A stretch of 64,000 bases of DNA, the filler included, from Stramenopiles sp. TOSAG23-6 (lineage: Eukaryota), in NCBI GenBank assembly GCA_900128565.1. It is 11 parts of 11 records of this genome, joined end to end, with 100 filler letters (N's around TTAATTAATTAA, not from the genome) between each part and the next. Parts side by side here need not be neighbours in the genome. Positions count along the whole stretch, not along the records: positions 23,523 to 29,291 come from LT636840.1; positions 29,392 to 35,159 come from LT636841.1; positions 35,260 to 41,026 come from LT636842.1; 8 more parts are not named here. One strand, written 5' to 3'. The translations under genes were made by a program, and so were the position numbers. The notes under the pieces were generated by a model. That model was given only the letters and a program-made list of their open reading frames with translations, made no database searches and was not told where the DNA came from. This document shows, one piece after another, positions 24,973 through 37,575 of the stretch (position 1 is the stretch's first letter; each line of letters starts with the position of its first letter).

Positions 24973-26499
24973 ATGGCAACCAAATCATTCAAAATTGTAT
25001 GTATCCCTGCAGATATAGAAAAGTCTGTTAATGAATGGAATATTGAAATTCCCCCATCAGATGGTAGTAATTCCACNGATACTTTAGTATCTTGCCTAAC
25101 AGATCGTCTAAAAAAGCACTTTCAGCAAACAACCATGACACCTGCTCAACGCAACAATTTTCAAACGATGGTTTCAAAACAATTGGCTAAGCAAAAAGGA
25201 GGATCTGATGTTGTAAAAAATGTAGAGTCTGCGGCGTTTGCGCGTCTTATGACCGTTCAAACTGTCGATATTATACCTCTTTTATATAACGACAAGTCAA
25301 CAAATTGGTATGGCATAAATCTCTACGTTGACGACCAAGGAATTTCTAAACAACTCCCTGTAAACACACGTGCTTCTCAATTATGTAATGCATGTGGAAC
25401 ACCCTCCAATGTACGAGGTGATGCATTTCTTGCCCGTATACGCGATGACAATGCAGATCTATTTGAACGTGAAGACTTTTTGAGTAAAGAGGCAACTATT
25501 GAAGCCACTTGGGTGCAAGAAGCTCTGGAAATCAAAAAGATGCGTACAGCACAGGGAAGCGCACCAGGTGGATTTCAAATAGCTGCTCAACAATCATCCA
25601 ATAGTAAACTTAATATTTTATCTGTACNAGAACGAAATGAGTTAATGGGAAAGGTATTAAAAGAAAAAGAAATAGGGAAAAATGCTTTAAAAAAAGGAAA
25701 CTTTGAAGCAGCTATTCAACATTTTCTTCAGTGCTCAACACAGTTACAATCTGTTTGCAATTCAATTAAAAATACCCCAGGTTTGATAGACCCCAAAGTA
25801 TTAATCGGAAATAGCGATGATCCAGGTGNAATTCCATATATTGCTTTTATGCGTTTGGATTGTTCTCTTCAGTTACTTCTTACTCACGCTTTTCTTGGGA
25901 GTTCTCAGTGGAAACGTGCAGTTGAATCGTCTTCGAATGTTTTGTCTGCTCATGCTTTACTATCGAAAATTGTGTCTACGTATGATAAAGACTTTTTATC
26001 AAAGGATGGAAAGGAATTACAAGTAACAGCTCTACTTCTTCGACTTCGAGCATATTTTTATTGGGCTCAGACGGAAGAAACTTGTTGTGTTCAAATTGAA
26101 AAAGAATTATCCCTTTCAAATGAAAATGAAAATGAAAATGATACTACAAATATTAGTGCTTCCAGTCTTAATTGTGCAATTTCATCAAGGCTTTTAATGA
26201 ATATTACCTCCCTTTTGGATAATGATAATGCTGCTAAGGCAATGAAAGACTTGCAAAAGTTAAGTAAACTATCTCAGTTGACTCAAATCCTAGATTTTTC
26301 TTCTATTTTAAGTGACTGTAAAACAATGCAAAGTAAGGTAAAAACATTGATCAATAGAGGTAAAAAGTGGACTTTGAAGGCNTCAAAATTGGAACTAGCA
26401 AAGACTTCATATAAAAAGAAGAAGAATGAATCTATTGGAGAACCAAAAAAGAAAACAAAAAAGAAAAGTAAATCTAAAAAGAAGAAAAAGAGGCGTTAG
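24973..26499 (+). CDS. Hypothetical protein with TPR-like region and Lys-rich tail
   Basis: 508-aa intronless ORF; KEIGKNALKKGNFEAAIQHF. Confidence 0.7.
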   Translation: MATKSFKIVCIPADIEKSVNEWNIEIPPSDGSNSXDTLVSCLTDRLKKHFQQTTMTPAQRNNFQTMVSKQLAKQKGGSDVVKNVESAAFARLMTVQTVDIIPLLYNDKSTNWYGINLYVDDQGISKQLPVNTRASQLCNACGTPSNVRGDAFLARIRDDNADLFEREDFLSKEATIEATWVQEALEIKKMRTAQGSAPGGFQIAAQQSSNSKLNILSVXERNELMGKVLKEKEIGKNALKKGNFEAAIQHFLQCSTQLQSVCNSIKNTPGLIDPKVLIGNSDDPGXIPYIAFMRLDCSLQLLLTHAFLGSSQWKRAVESSSNVLSAHALLSKIVSTYDKDFLSKDGKELQVTALLLRLRAYFYWAQTEETCCVQIEKELSLSNENENENDTTNISASSLNCAISSRLLMNITSLLDNDNAAKAMKDLQKLSKLSQLTQILDFSSILSDCKTMQSKVKTLINRGKKWTLKXSKLELAKTSYKKKKNESIGEPKKKTKKKSKSKKKKKRR

Positions 26500-26795
26500 T
26501 TATGTCAATAAAACACAATCAGTCTCAATATTTCAATTTATATTTTCTATTNTTTAAATATTTATTTAGTATTTATTTGCGATTTCGAGATGTGGTGTAG
26601 ATAACCCTAACCCTTGCGACCAATCACAGGAGCGCAATTCATTCGCAGGAGCAACAAAAACTTTGACACGTCTCAAAAAAAACATGTCGTCACGTACTAC
26701 TGCCTAAATCTCGAATAACATTTCTTGAAAGTCAACCCTACGAATTATTTTCTCTCTCCTTTTTTGGATTATAATAAACATTATCATTTACTACG

Positions 26796-28085
26796 ATGGT
26801 AAATGAAANAANCTCTAAAAACGTAACACCATTTTCTCCAATGACAAACCTTCTGAACCGTCGTTCCACAATTAAACGTTCAACAATTAAAAGGAAGGCT
26901 TCAATCAATGTCGCTGCAAACCTTTTCTCCGGCAGTATCAANACTGAAGAGCAATACAAAANTAAAATATTATTAGTCGAGGACAATTCTCTAGAAGGAG
27001 GTGACAGAAAACGCATCCATTTAAATACCAAAAATAAAATAATCCAAAAGACACAAAACTCAAAGAACTACCGAGATATGAAACAATCCGATAACCAACG
27101 TGGAATAAGTACTAGAACTAAGAATGTAAATACATTTAATACACCAACAAAAGTGACTAAAGGTAATCATTTGGTTGAAATAAACCCTGCTGAAGCACAA
27201 GCAGCATTGAGACCTATTATTGTATGTGTTGATGGCAATATTGGTGCAGGTAAATCTACTCTTTTGGCAGCTTTAAGAAAAAGTATTGATGCTATTTGTT
27301 TCGCAGAAAGTGTAGGTGAATGGCAAAACCTGTTGAAAAGTTTCTATTCAGATCAAAAGCGGTGGGCCTTTACATTACAATCTGCAATACTAATTGATTT
27401 AAGGGACCAGTTGAGTGAAATTCTTTCCCTTGAAGATTCTGGTTTACTTCCCACAAANCGACCATATGTTATAGTTGAGCGCTGCCCTATAAGCGCTTGG
27501 TGTTTTGTTGGTTTACATCACAAAAATGGAAATATGAATCAAATGGAGTTAAACGCATATGAACGTTTAACACATGCACTTGCTTGGGAACCTGATGTCT
27601 TTGTATATCTGAAAGCATCCCCAGAAATATGTTACCAACGTTGTATCCGTAGATCCAGAGAGGGCGAAGAGTGTATTCCTTTGAGTTATTTGCAGAGTTT
27701 GCATCAACAATATGAAAATTTATTCGATTTACTCAAAAATAACGGGAAACCAGTGGTAACATTAGATGTAGAAGGATCACAATGGGAAATTAAACAAGCT
27801 TTTCTCAATAGTGTTCATAAACGACTGTCGGAAAATCTTTCTGTTGACCAAAAGCACCAACAAACGCATGAGAATTATGAACATATTGAGCATTCGAAAA
27901 CATTTTTAGAAAAAAATCCTAATACAACTAAGGTTACTCAAGACATTCTAAAAACAGCTAAATGTGTTGCAAATCAAAGAAGTCGGTCCATGCCGTCAGA
28001 TGCCCGTGCTGCACTACTACCACATCGGGCTATAGACACCACACTCACGAGCGATCTCATCAAAAGATTAACCAAAAAAAATTAA
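26796..28085 (+). CDS. Deoxynucleoside kinase (dNK family) with N- and C-terminal extensions
   Basis: VDGNIGAGKST P-loop, VIVERC and CYQRCIRRSREGE lid. Confidence 0.88.
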   Translation: MVNEXXSKNVTPFSPMTNLLNRRSTIKRSTIKRKASINVAANLFSGSIXTEEQYKXKILLVEDNSLEGGDRKRIHLNTKNKIIQKTQNSKNYRDMKQSDNQRGISTRTKNVNTFNTPTKVTKGNHLVEINPAEAQAALRPIIVCVDGNIGAGKSTLLAALRKSIDAICFAESVGEWQNLLKSFYSDQKRWAFTLQSAILIDLRDQLSEILSLEDSGLLPTXRPYVIVERCPISAWCFVGLHHKNGNMNQMELNAYERLTHALAWEPDVFVYLKASPEICYQRCIRRSREGEECIPLSYLQSLHQQYENLFDLLKNNGKPVVTLDVEGSQWEIKQAFLNSVHKRLSENLSVDQKHQQTHENYEHIEHSKTFLEKNPNTTKVTQDILKTAKCVANQRSRSMPSDARAALLPHRAIDTTLTSDLIKRLTKKN

Positions 28086-28567
28086 TAGTGCAAAATAATC
28101 CCACAAAGTACCATTTTTGAAAACGAAGCATTGCTTTTTGATTATATAAGAGTGCACCATACTTTTTTTTTCGTACAATTTTGTATTTAACGATTTGTTT
28201 TACAAAAAAAAATAATTTTCACATATTTTATGAAAAAAATGAACAGATTTAGTATCCACTTGTAAGACTTCTTTTAGTATTCAGAAATAATTCAATTTTT
28301 TGTATTGTTATTTTATAATTTAATAAAAATATGTACAGCATTAAATTATAAAACTAAGTCTCACCTATAGTTCTTGCATACTTATAATACCTATAGTTCT
28401 TGCATACTTATAATGTCCGTATACCTTACTCTACGTGCTTAATTAGTCACACTCTTAAAGTTGAACATTCCAACGTGGCAAATTAGCAATGTTATATATT
28501 TTTGAAAATATGTGACCCTCCTGTGAAGCTGCATTATCCGAATCGGGTAGCTCCGACGTTATTAATC

Positions 28568-29291
28568 TTATTGTGCAGCAACATGCTTGGTGAGTAGTTC
28601 AACTACTTCTGTTGATGAAGCAGCATCCAATGGGGTTTGTCCACTGTTGTCAGCCTGATTGACATCAGCACCATTCTCAAGAAGTAGTCGAACTACTTCA
28701 ACATGACCATTCACTGAAGCACAAAGCAATGGGGTATCACTGTATCCATCAACTTGATTGACATTAGCACCAGCAGCAATTAGTTGTGCAACTACTTCTG
28801 TATGACCATATCGTGAAGCAATGAGCAATGGGGTAGTTTCCTTTTCGTTAGCCTTATCGACATTAGCACCTTTAAGAAGAAGTAGTCGAACTACTCCATC
28901 ATGACCTTTCCATGAAGCAATCCACAATGGGGTTTCTCCAAAATCGTTAGTCATATTGATAACAGCACCTTCAGCAAGAAGTTGTGCAACTACTTCTTCA
29001 TGACCTCTCTCCGAAGCAATATACAATGGTGTTTGTCCGTATTGATCAGCCTNGTCGACCTCAGCACCTGCCTTGATAAGTATTCTGACTACTTCCGCAC
29101 GACCAAACTGCGAAGCAATATACAATGGAGTCAATCCATCTCTGCGCTCCTCATCAATATCAGCACCAATCGCCAGTAAAGCTTTAACCATCGCCACATT
29201 ATTCATCTGTGCAGCTGAAAATAGTGGATGGTCGTTCTCTTCAAATGGGTGCTCTAGTTTCAACTCTTCTGTTTCGACATGATCAGTAAAG
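28568..29291 (-). CDS. Ankyrin-repeat protein (5'-truncated)
   Basis: About 6 repeats of GxTPLxIAS..GHxEVVxxLLxxGA. Confidence 0.92.
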
Positions 29292-29420
29292 NNNNNNNNN
29301 NNNNNNNNNNNNNNNNNNNNNNNNNNNNNNNNNNNTTAATTAATTAANNNNNNNNNNNNNNNNNNNNNNNNNNNNNNNNNNNNNNNNNNNNTTTTTTTGA
29401 AAATTTTGTACCTAATTTTT

Positions 29421-29781
29421 TTTTTTTTTTGAAATATTCATCTACAGTACATATTGCCGCTTTAAGTACAAGACTGAAAAAATTTAAAAAAAGTAATCGT
29501 AAAACATTTGGTGAAGAAAAAGAATTGGAAAAAAGAAAAACATTATTAGAACATATGTTTTATTTTTTTTTTTACAAAAAATCGAATTTATTTTTTTTTC
29601 GTACGAAATTTTGTACCTAACTAAAACATTTGAAATTTTTGAAATATTTTTTCACAATACACTAAAATTAGCTGATCAAATGGCAGAGATTGATCGAATT
29701 AAAGCTTCAATGGTTGTACTTGAAAAACGGAATAACAAATTATATGCAATGCAACAAAAATTAAAACATAAAGTTCTATAA
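29421..29781 (+). CDS. Coiled-coil protein, 3' exons; AT...AC intron at 29553-29662
   Basis: The join GAA C|TA AAA TTA gives LLELKLADQMAEIDRIK. Confidence 0.55.
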
Positions 29782-29963
29782 AATAATTTTTTTTAAGTCA
29801 TTCGCGACATATTTATTTTTCTATGTGACACGTGTCACGATTCCAAATGTAAAGATCTTTTTTTCAAATTTGAAATTGTAAGATACGTTTATTTTTTTTC
29901 GTTTATTTTATCTTTTTAGTAGGTAGGGTAGATCGATACAACGAAAATAAATTTTACACAAAT

Positions 29964-31526
29964 ATGCATAATATGTACCATTATTTGACAGTCATTCTCA
30001 TGAGTTTTACTTTGCAAAGATGTAGAGCTGCTTTTGCGACCCCTGTGTCGTTGTCACAAGATTTGCAAAATGCGGTGAATCAAGGGTGGATGACAGTGGA
30101 CCAAGCCGTCAAGATGATGATGGAAGATACTGCTGGTGTTGCTCAACAACCTGCTGCTTTTGCTCAACAACCTGTTGTTACTGCTGCTCAACGACGTGCT
30201 TCAGCTGCTGATGCTGCTGAACGGCGACGACGTGCTTCAGCTGCTGATGCTGATGAACGGCGTCTTTTTAAGGTTCTTCAAGGAAATAGTCCTCGTGGAC
30301 GAAAAGCATCAGCCAAACCAGCAGGCACTCCAGTAGCATTGAAAGCTACTGAAGAGAAAGCTGGTGACGATCTGACACCATTTTTGCGAGAACAGGTGAG
30401 ATTCGGGTATTTGACAAAGGCCGCAGCCCTCGAGAAGATGAAGGAAAATCTTCCTTTCTACGCTGAGCATATTGCTGAATTTGGACCTCCTGATAATGCT
30501 GGTGGTGGTGGTAGTAGTGCTGGTCCTCCTCCTTTCTCAGATGATGCTTCCCCTGGTGCTGCTGCTGGTGGACCAGTACCGAAAGCATCACCCATAACAG
30601 CCATGTCTGGTGCTAGTGGTGTTGCTGTTGGTCACGGTGTTTCTGATATGGCAGCTGATTCTCTTCTATCACCTGATATGCAGTATTTAGTGAATACCGG
30701 GGCAATTACTTTGGCTCAGGCGCTTGCAATGACGGGTGATACTGTTAGTGCTGCTGCTGCTAGTGGTGCTCTCGTTCCTCGTGCATTTAGTGGTGGTGGG
30801 TTTCGTGGTGGTGGTGCTGGTGGTGCTGCTGTTCCTGCTGGTACTGGTGGTGGTGCTGCTGGTGGTGTATTGCATGTTTCTCCAATGCCTACATTTGTGA
30901 TGGGTACAATAAATCAGTATACCCAAGGTGGAGTATCAGCGTGTGCTTGGACTGTGGCACAGAATATTGTATCCTTCCTTGATGGAACAATTGTTACGCC
31001 CCAACTCATTGATGCGAACGTCAGACAAGGAGCAAACACTTATGTTACATTTGGAAGGGCAAACCCTCACGATCATACAAACTTGAATGAAATAAAAAAG
31101 ATTGCAGCAACAACTGCGCTAGGTGATTCCGACTTTGGAAAAGAGATTATATCTTTAAAAGACACGACAGCAAATCGTCTTCACAATCTCTCTTTAGTTG
31201 CGCCTAATTACGTCAATTATAAACCAAAAGAAGTTATCGATGAACTTTCATCACATGCAGAAAGTGAACAAAAACGTTTGGCTGCCGAGGTATCATTTGG
31301 TGCTAAGCAAGTAGCAGTTTTATTTAATACTGATGGTACTTGCATCTACATGGATTCACATGGCGACAGTCAATTTACAGGAGGTGCAAATTTAGCATTT
31401 GCTTGCACAGACAAAGATAGAATTATTGATAAACTACAAACTGAATTACGCAATTATGCTGAATTACGCAATTATGAGTCACTAGGTTTTCCATTTCAGA
31501 TAGACTACACAATTTGGGAGGAGTAG
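29964..31526 (+). CDS. Putative secreted protein with a Gly/Ala-rich linker and a C-terminal herpes-tegument-like (VTD/C76) cysteine peptidase domain
   Basis: Hydrophobic N-terminus; NQYTQGGVSAC and IYMDSHG motifs. Confidence 0.6.
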   Translation: MHNMYHYLTVILMSFTLQRCRAAFATPVSLSQDLQNAVNQGWMTVDQAVKMMMEDTAGVAQQPAAFAQQPVVTAAQRRASAADAAERRRRASAADADERRLFKVLQGNSPRGRKASAKPAGTPVALKATEEKAGDDLTPFLREQVRFGYLTKAAALEKMKENLPFYAEHIAEFGPPDNAGGGGSSAGPPPFSDDASPGAAAGGPVPKASPITAMSGASGVAVGHGVSDMAADSLLSPDMQYLVNTGAITLAQALAMTGDTVSAAAASGALVPRAFSGGGFRGGGAGGAAVPAGTGGGAAGGVLHVSPMPTFVMGTINQYTQGGVSACAWTVAQNIVSFLDGTIVTPQLIDANVRQGANTYVTFGRANPHDHTNLNEIKKIAATTALGDSDFGKEIISLKDTTANRLHNLSLVAPNYVNYKPKEVIDELSSHAESEQKRLAAEVSFGAKQVAVLFNTDGTCIYMDSHGDSQFTGGANLAFACTDKDRIIDKLQTELRNYAELRNYESLGFPFQIDYTIWEE

Positions 31527-31725
31527 TACGAAAATATCCTACAGAGAAGAATGCATTACATGTCATTTTTAGTGTATAGTACAGAGAAATACACTGACTT
31601 TTGGGTGTACATTATTTATAAAAAGAATTTTAAAACAAAGAATTTCATGGTTAAAATTTATATCATTTTTTTTATAGTTATACACTATACATTTGTTAAA
31701 TCATTTCCCTACACCCTAACCCTAA

Positions 31726-32622
31726 CTATATCTTTGTTAAATCATTTACTTTTTGTTGTAACGTTTTAATTTCTCTCATGCAGTAAAGAAATCCTAAAAC
31801 ACTCAATGCAGTTAAAATAATTAAATATAACATTACAATTATCATACAACAATTAGAACAGCAACTTTTATGTTTTTCATGTTTTTCATGTTGTTCATGT
31901 TTTTCATGTTTTTCATGTTTTTCATGTTTTTCATGTTTTTCATGTTTTTCGTGTAGTCTTGGTAAAGTATCTACATTTGTATGATGAGTTGTTGTTTTAG
32001 TAGCTGAAACATATTGTAAAGTAGTAGCATTGGATATATCAGATGCATCAGATGTTTTTTGTTTTACATGGAATACGGGAATTTTTGTATGAAAAAGAGG
32101 AATTTTTTCATATTTTTCATATTTTTCCGGTTTCTTTTCAATGGGATTTCGTGTTATTTGATTCTGATTATTTGACTGTATTAGTAGCTGTTGTGATTGC
32201 TTATATTGATGGTTGTGAGAATTTGAATGAATTTGTCGTAACTCCATTTCTTGTCTTATTGCTTTTTTCTTCTTATTATTCTTATTATTTGTGGTGCTTA
32301 TATTCCATACTGCACTTGGATGTTCTCTTTGTATTCGAGCTTGATGAGCCTGGTAACTTTCTTTCTTCCTATTAGTATTGTTATTTGTGGTGCTTATATT
32401 CCATACTGCACTTGGATGTTCTCTTTGTATTCGTTTTTGTTGAGCCTGATAACTTTCTTTCCTCTTATTAGTATTGTTATTTGGATTATTTGTAGTTTTA
32501 CGTTGGTGCTCTTTTTGCATTCGATTTTGATACGCTTGAAAACTTTCATTTGAAGTATTCTCATGTCTACTACGAGCATAATCATGAAAAGCATAATCAT
32601 GAAAAGTTCCTGACATGATCAA
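31726..32622 (-). CDS. Low-complexity hypothetical protein (HEK repeats, C-terminal TM segment)
   Basis: 298-aa ORF with internal duplications. Confidence 0.55.
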   Translation of the reverse strand: MIMSGTFHDYAFHDYARSRHENTSNESFQAYQNRMQKEHQRKTTNNPNNNTNKRKESYQAQQKRIQREHPSAVWNISTTNNNTNRKKESYQAHQARIQREHPSAVWNISTTNNKNNKKKKAIRQEMELRQIHSNSHNHQYKQSQQLLIQSNNQNQITRNPIEKKPEKYEKYEKIPLFHTKIPVFHVKQKTSDASDISNATTLQYVSATKTTTHHTNVDTLPRLHEKHEKHEKHEKHEKHEKHEQHEKHEKHKSCCSNCCMIIVMLYLIILTALSVLGFLYCMREIKTLQQKVNDLTKI

Positions 32623-32895
32623 TGGTACTTTATTATCAAAATGAAAAGTAGAAAAGTATTATTATTCAAACTGAAAACAACGTAACTAGTATATAGAGTA
32701 ACAAGAAAATACGTATGTGAGATGATTAGAAAAAAGTAACGGAAAATCTCCGAAAATCTCCAAAAATTCTCTCTCTCTCAGAGTCTCTCTCTGTTTCTTT
32801 GTTTGCTCCTCTCTCTCCTCCTCCGTGTTTTCGGTTGTGCATCTCTTTCTCAAAAATCTCTATTTGAAAACGTATTGTGTTGGTATTTACGCACA

Positions 32896-34142
32896 ATGAT
32901 TAGACATGTTTTCATAATATATAGTATTTTATGTATTATAGTATTTTATTATATCTCATCTGTTGTCGACGCAGCTGCAGTGACGCAACTACCCGTGGAA
33001 GAGGAAAAGGTTCCCACTCCTGATAGTACCGTCACTCCTGCTAAGTCTAGTGTTACACCTGACCCCACTCCTAATGAGTCTGGTGATGAGTTTAGTGATG
33101 AGTTACTATCTAGTCAATTAGAACTAAAACTGTCTCTTCTATCAAGAGATAGAGTAAAACTTGAACAAATGATAGAGTCATCAGAGCAACAAATCAACAA
33201 AGGAGATATGTTTCATCCCAAAAGTGTCCATTCTAAATATTACACCAAACAACGAGAAAAACAAAACAAATTAGAAATTCAAATCATTGAAAAAGAATAT
33301 AAATATACTGAAGACTCATGGTTGTATCTCTTGAATAAAATGACAAATATTGGAAATACAGCTCTACAAAAAGTCAGAGATTCAAATTTTAACATGTATG
33401 TTTCTTTTTTTTTTTTTTAGGGTTAGGGTTTTGAAATTGAATTTTTTTTTTTTTTTTTTTCGTACGAATTTTCATACCTAACAATGTTGTTTTGCGATTT
33501 TGTGTTTTTTCACAGTATATGAGAAATAGAAATATTGAGCAGCGTAGAAAACTTGAGTTTACAATACGAAATCAAATTGAAGCTGATGCCGAAGAAGCGT
33601 ATCAAAACTTGCTACAAGAGGAAGAAGTCCGAAGTTTGAATGTGACTGACAATGATAAAGAATATCAACGAAAGATGAAGATGTTAAATATATTGTTAAA
33701 GACGCATTTGCTTCATGAAAATAAACATTACACATTTACAAATCATTTTGCTAGAGAGTTATCAATGGAACGAAAAGTCTATAAAAAACTAGCAAAATTT
33801 GGTAGAGAAGATGATGCTGTGCGATTTAATCAAGCAACAGTTCGAACTCTAATATTATTACTGTATCAAAGAGCTCAAAATGTAATACAAATGTATGTTT
33901 TATTTTTTTTTTAAACAAAAAAATCGTTTTTTTTTTCGTACGAAATTTTGTACCTAACAAATTTTTTAGAATTTTTTTGAAATATTTTTCCAAAATATAT
34001 AATTCTACAAACAAGAGAAAAGTTTAATTCATTATATACAAATGCTTTACGTAAATATGTGCAACAAAGTAGATCAGAAGTGTATGTGTTTAGTATGAAT
34101 TTCAAATTGATTGTTTTTTTCATACGAATTTTTATACCTAAT

Positions 34143-34186
<44 letters not shown>

Positions 34187-34195
34187 TTTTTTTTC

Positions 34196-34237
<42 letters not shown>

Positions 34238-35080
34238 TAAAAACAATTAAACACATTTAATACTATTTTACTATGAAAATTTCAATTTTTTTCACAATAT
34301 AGAGTACAAGATCAACAAGATGATTTTTTTTCTCTTGGTCCATCTTTTGCTTTTCTTGAAATGACGTCATTCTCAAATAAATATTTTGAAAAAACATCAG
34401 AAAATATAGAAAATATTTTAGATAAAAATTTACTTCATGTAAAGTTCAAAACTCGATTTGAAGATATTTTAAATGGTACAATTGATAAAATTCAAGAAAA
34501 ATTTTGCCCAAATTATAGTAAACAAATGCAAGAAATAAAAACAATACCAGATGTACAAGATGATTTTATAGCCAATATAGAAAAATATATTAAAAAAAAT
34601 TCAAAAAATTTGTTAGGTACAAAATTTCGTATGAAAAAAAATTTAAAAAACTTTACAGCAAATTCTACTAATGAATCGGATAGTCAATATTTAATTCGTT
34701 TTTTACTTTGTCCAATAGAACATGAAATTATAGTGAAAAAAATGTTTGGTTTATTAGAAGATATGCCAACACGAATGATTGTACATTTTTTTTTACTAAA
34801 AATATATTTTTTTTTTTGTATGAAATTTCGTACCTAACAAAAATTTTATGAAAAAAAAAAAATATTTTTTCACAATGTATACATCGAAACAAATGAATGA
34901 TTTTATTGAAAATATTATAATTAATGTTGTAACACAATTGATGATATTGGAAGGTTTGATGTTTAAAACAATCAAACAATTAGAAAATGAAGATTTTACT
35001 ATTGAGACGCAATTAAGTGTAACACGAAAACCCTACATGGAGGAAAAGCAATTTTTAACAGTTCTGCGTGAAGCTATAAT
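32896..35080 (+). CDS. Hypothetical signal-peptide coiled-coil protein, multi-exon, 3'-truncated
   Basis: MIRHVFIIYSILCIIVFYYISSVVDA; frames join across family introns starting at 33396, 33893, 34082 and ~34781. Confidence 0.6.
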
Positions 35081-35311
35081 GTACATTTTCATCATGATTT
35101 TTTTTTTTTTTTTTTTTTTCATACGAAATTTTGTACCTAAAAAAAAAAAATTTAAAAAANNNNNNNNNNNNNNNNNNNNNNNNNNNNNNNNNNNNNNNNN
35201 NNNTTAATTAATTAANNNNNNNNNNNNNNNNNNNNNNNNNNNNNNNNNNNNNNNNNNNNTTCGTACGAAAAATAAATTCGATTTTTTTGTTAAAAAAAAA
35301 AATAAAACATA

Positions 35312-36448
35312 CATGGTCTAGGGGAAATTGTGTCAATCCATAAAACATCATTTCATCATTTTCACTTGATGATTTAGTTACATTCTTAGTTTTTTCTTTT
35401 GAAAGGAATAAATTTGTACTATTATTTGAAGCATTCAATGTATTTATAGAATTATGTTTGACATGATTGAAGACATTACTATTGATTACGTGTGAAAATG
35501 CGCGACAAATCGACTCTAAAAAAGTACTGTGAATTAATATTTCAAAACAAAACTTTTTTGTTTAGGTATACAATTTTCATAATAAAAAAAAAATCTAAAA
35601 TTATATTTTTCGTGTTTGAAAACGTACATGGTACAAATACCGACTGAATATGTCGAAATCTCTTGAAATCCTTTCGAATTCTCTCTGGAAATTCAAGTGT
35701 ACAGTGTTTCAAATCCTTTTCGCGTGGCTTTTTATTGGATCCAACATTTCTTGTGAAATTTTGGATTACTTTTTGAATATGTGGCAGGAAATTTTCAAAG
35801 TCATTTTGTAGTTGTTTCCGTTCCAAATTATTCAAATCGCGTTGCTTTAAATCATCTAAAATATCAAGATTTCCCTCCCAATGGTGGTGCAAACATTTCA
35901 TCAGTTGAACAAACTCTTCCTCGGAGATTGAATCAGATTTATCTATATCAAATAAATGTATTTTGGAAAAATATACTTTTTTTTTACGGAAAAAAAATTT
36001 GTTAGGTACAAAATTTCGTATGAAAAAAAAAATCGAAATTCAATTTTGAAAACGTACATGATATACGTTTGATGCATCCTTGGACAAACCAGCTAATGTA
36101 TCATCATTATCAGAACGAAGAGGCGTTATCACAGAACCAACAGAACCAAATCTTGCTGAATATGGACAAGAAAGACTTAGATTAATTATTTGTCCATGAT
36201 CATTATTACCTTGTAAAGCTTTCACAAATACAAAAAATTCATTTCGGTCCAAAACGAAATCACTATTAGTGTCCAATATATGAAAATTATCACGAGAGTC
36301 TTGTTGTTGTTGTTGTTGTTGTTGTTGATTTTGTTGATTTTGTTGTTGTTGTTGTTGATTTTGTTGTTGTTGTTGTTGTTGATTTTGTTGATTTTGTTGT
36401 TTGTTGTTGTTTTTGTTGTTGATTTTGTTGTTGATTTTGTTGTTGATT

Positions 36449-36482
<34 letters not shown>

Positions 36483-37192
36483 ACTACATGAGTTCCACTC
36501 TGACTTTTTTCATAAAATTCAGGGTTAGGTTTTTTAACTATGATGGATTTTTCAGATTTTTCAATAATAGTATTGATAGCTTTGAGTTTGTTTGAAATAT
36601 TTGAAAATTTGTCCTTTGAAGGAGAAAAGTTTATCGTTTGATTTTTCATACCATGAATGTAAAACGTAGAGTAATTTCCAAAATTTCCAAAATTTCTGGT
36701 ACGTCCCGTACTTTCTTCAGCACTAGAATGACTCGAATGACTAGGATAATTTTTTGTAACATTATTAACATTATAAGTCAACTTTTCTTGTTCCATCGAT
36801 GGATAATATACGTCTGACAATGATTGAGATTTCGGTGCCATATGCCCTTTATTTTGTATTGGTAAATGAGTCTTTTTGTCCCACCAAACACCGTTCTTCC
36901 ATATGTGACTAGCGACGAAATCTGAAGCTGTTCCCCATTGAGATATCGATTCGTTCTCTTGTTGTTGTTTTATTTTCAATTGGTGCAATGTTGTCATATT
37001 ATATGGACGATCATCGGTATATATCCAACCACCGGAAGTATGCGAGAATGATTCATGTGGGTCGTGAAACTGAGCAAGTTTGACAAGCGTTTGTTGTTGT
37101 TGTTGTTGTTTTGTGTTTGTTGTGCTCGTAATAAAAACGTTCAAAAGCAGTATAAACACTTGAAAACTAACTGCTGATGTGGTCATATACAT
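35312..37192 (-). CDS. Hypothetical secreted protein with Q/T low-complexity tract and EF-hand, multi-exon; frame break in the repeat
   Basis: Signal-like N-terminus; LDTNSDFVLDRNEF; exons join across family introns. Confidence 0.55.
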
Positions 37193-37575
37193 TTGGATTA
37201 TCTTTGATGTACTAAAGACAGTAATTTAAAACATCTCTTTGTGTTTGTTTCTGTTTGAATTGTGAAACTTACAGTAGACGTACATAAGTATAAAATTATA
37301 ATGGATTTCAAAACAATTTCGAAATTTTTATGCGTTTTTTGAAATTTTGATTTGAATGAAAATTTGAAACAGGGCAGGTTTGCGTTTGTTTGACGATGAA
37401 CGACGATTGGATATTGGATTGAACCCTAATCTCGATCCTAATAGTAGAATTAAATATCTGAAAATCCTCTCTATCACTTTGATATCAAAAAGAATTCTTC
37501 ATTTATTTTTCAATATTGTGTAAGTGAGGCTGCTGAGAAATATTATTGTTTTACTGTCATAGAAGAATTTGGAAT

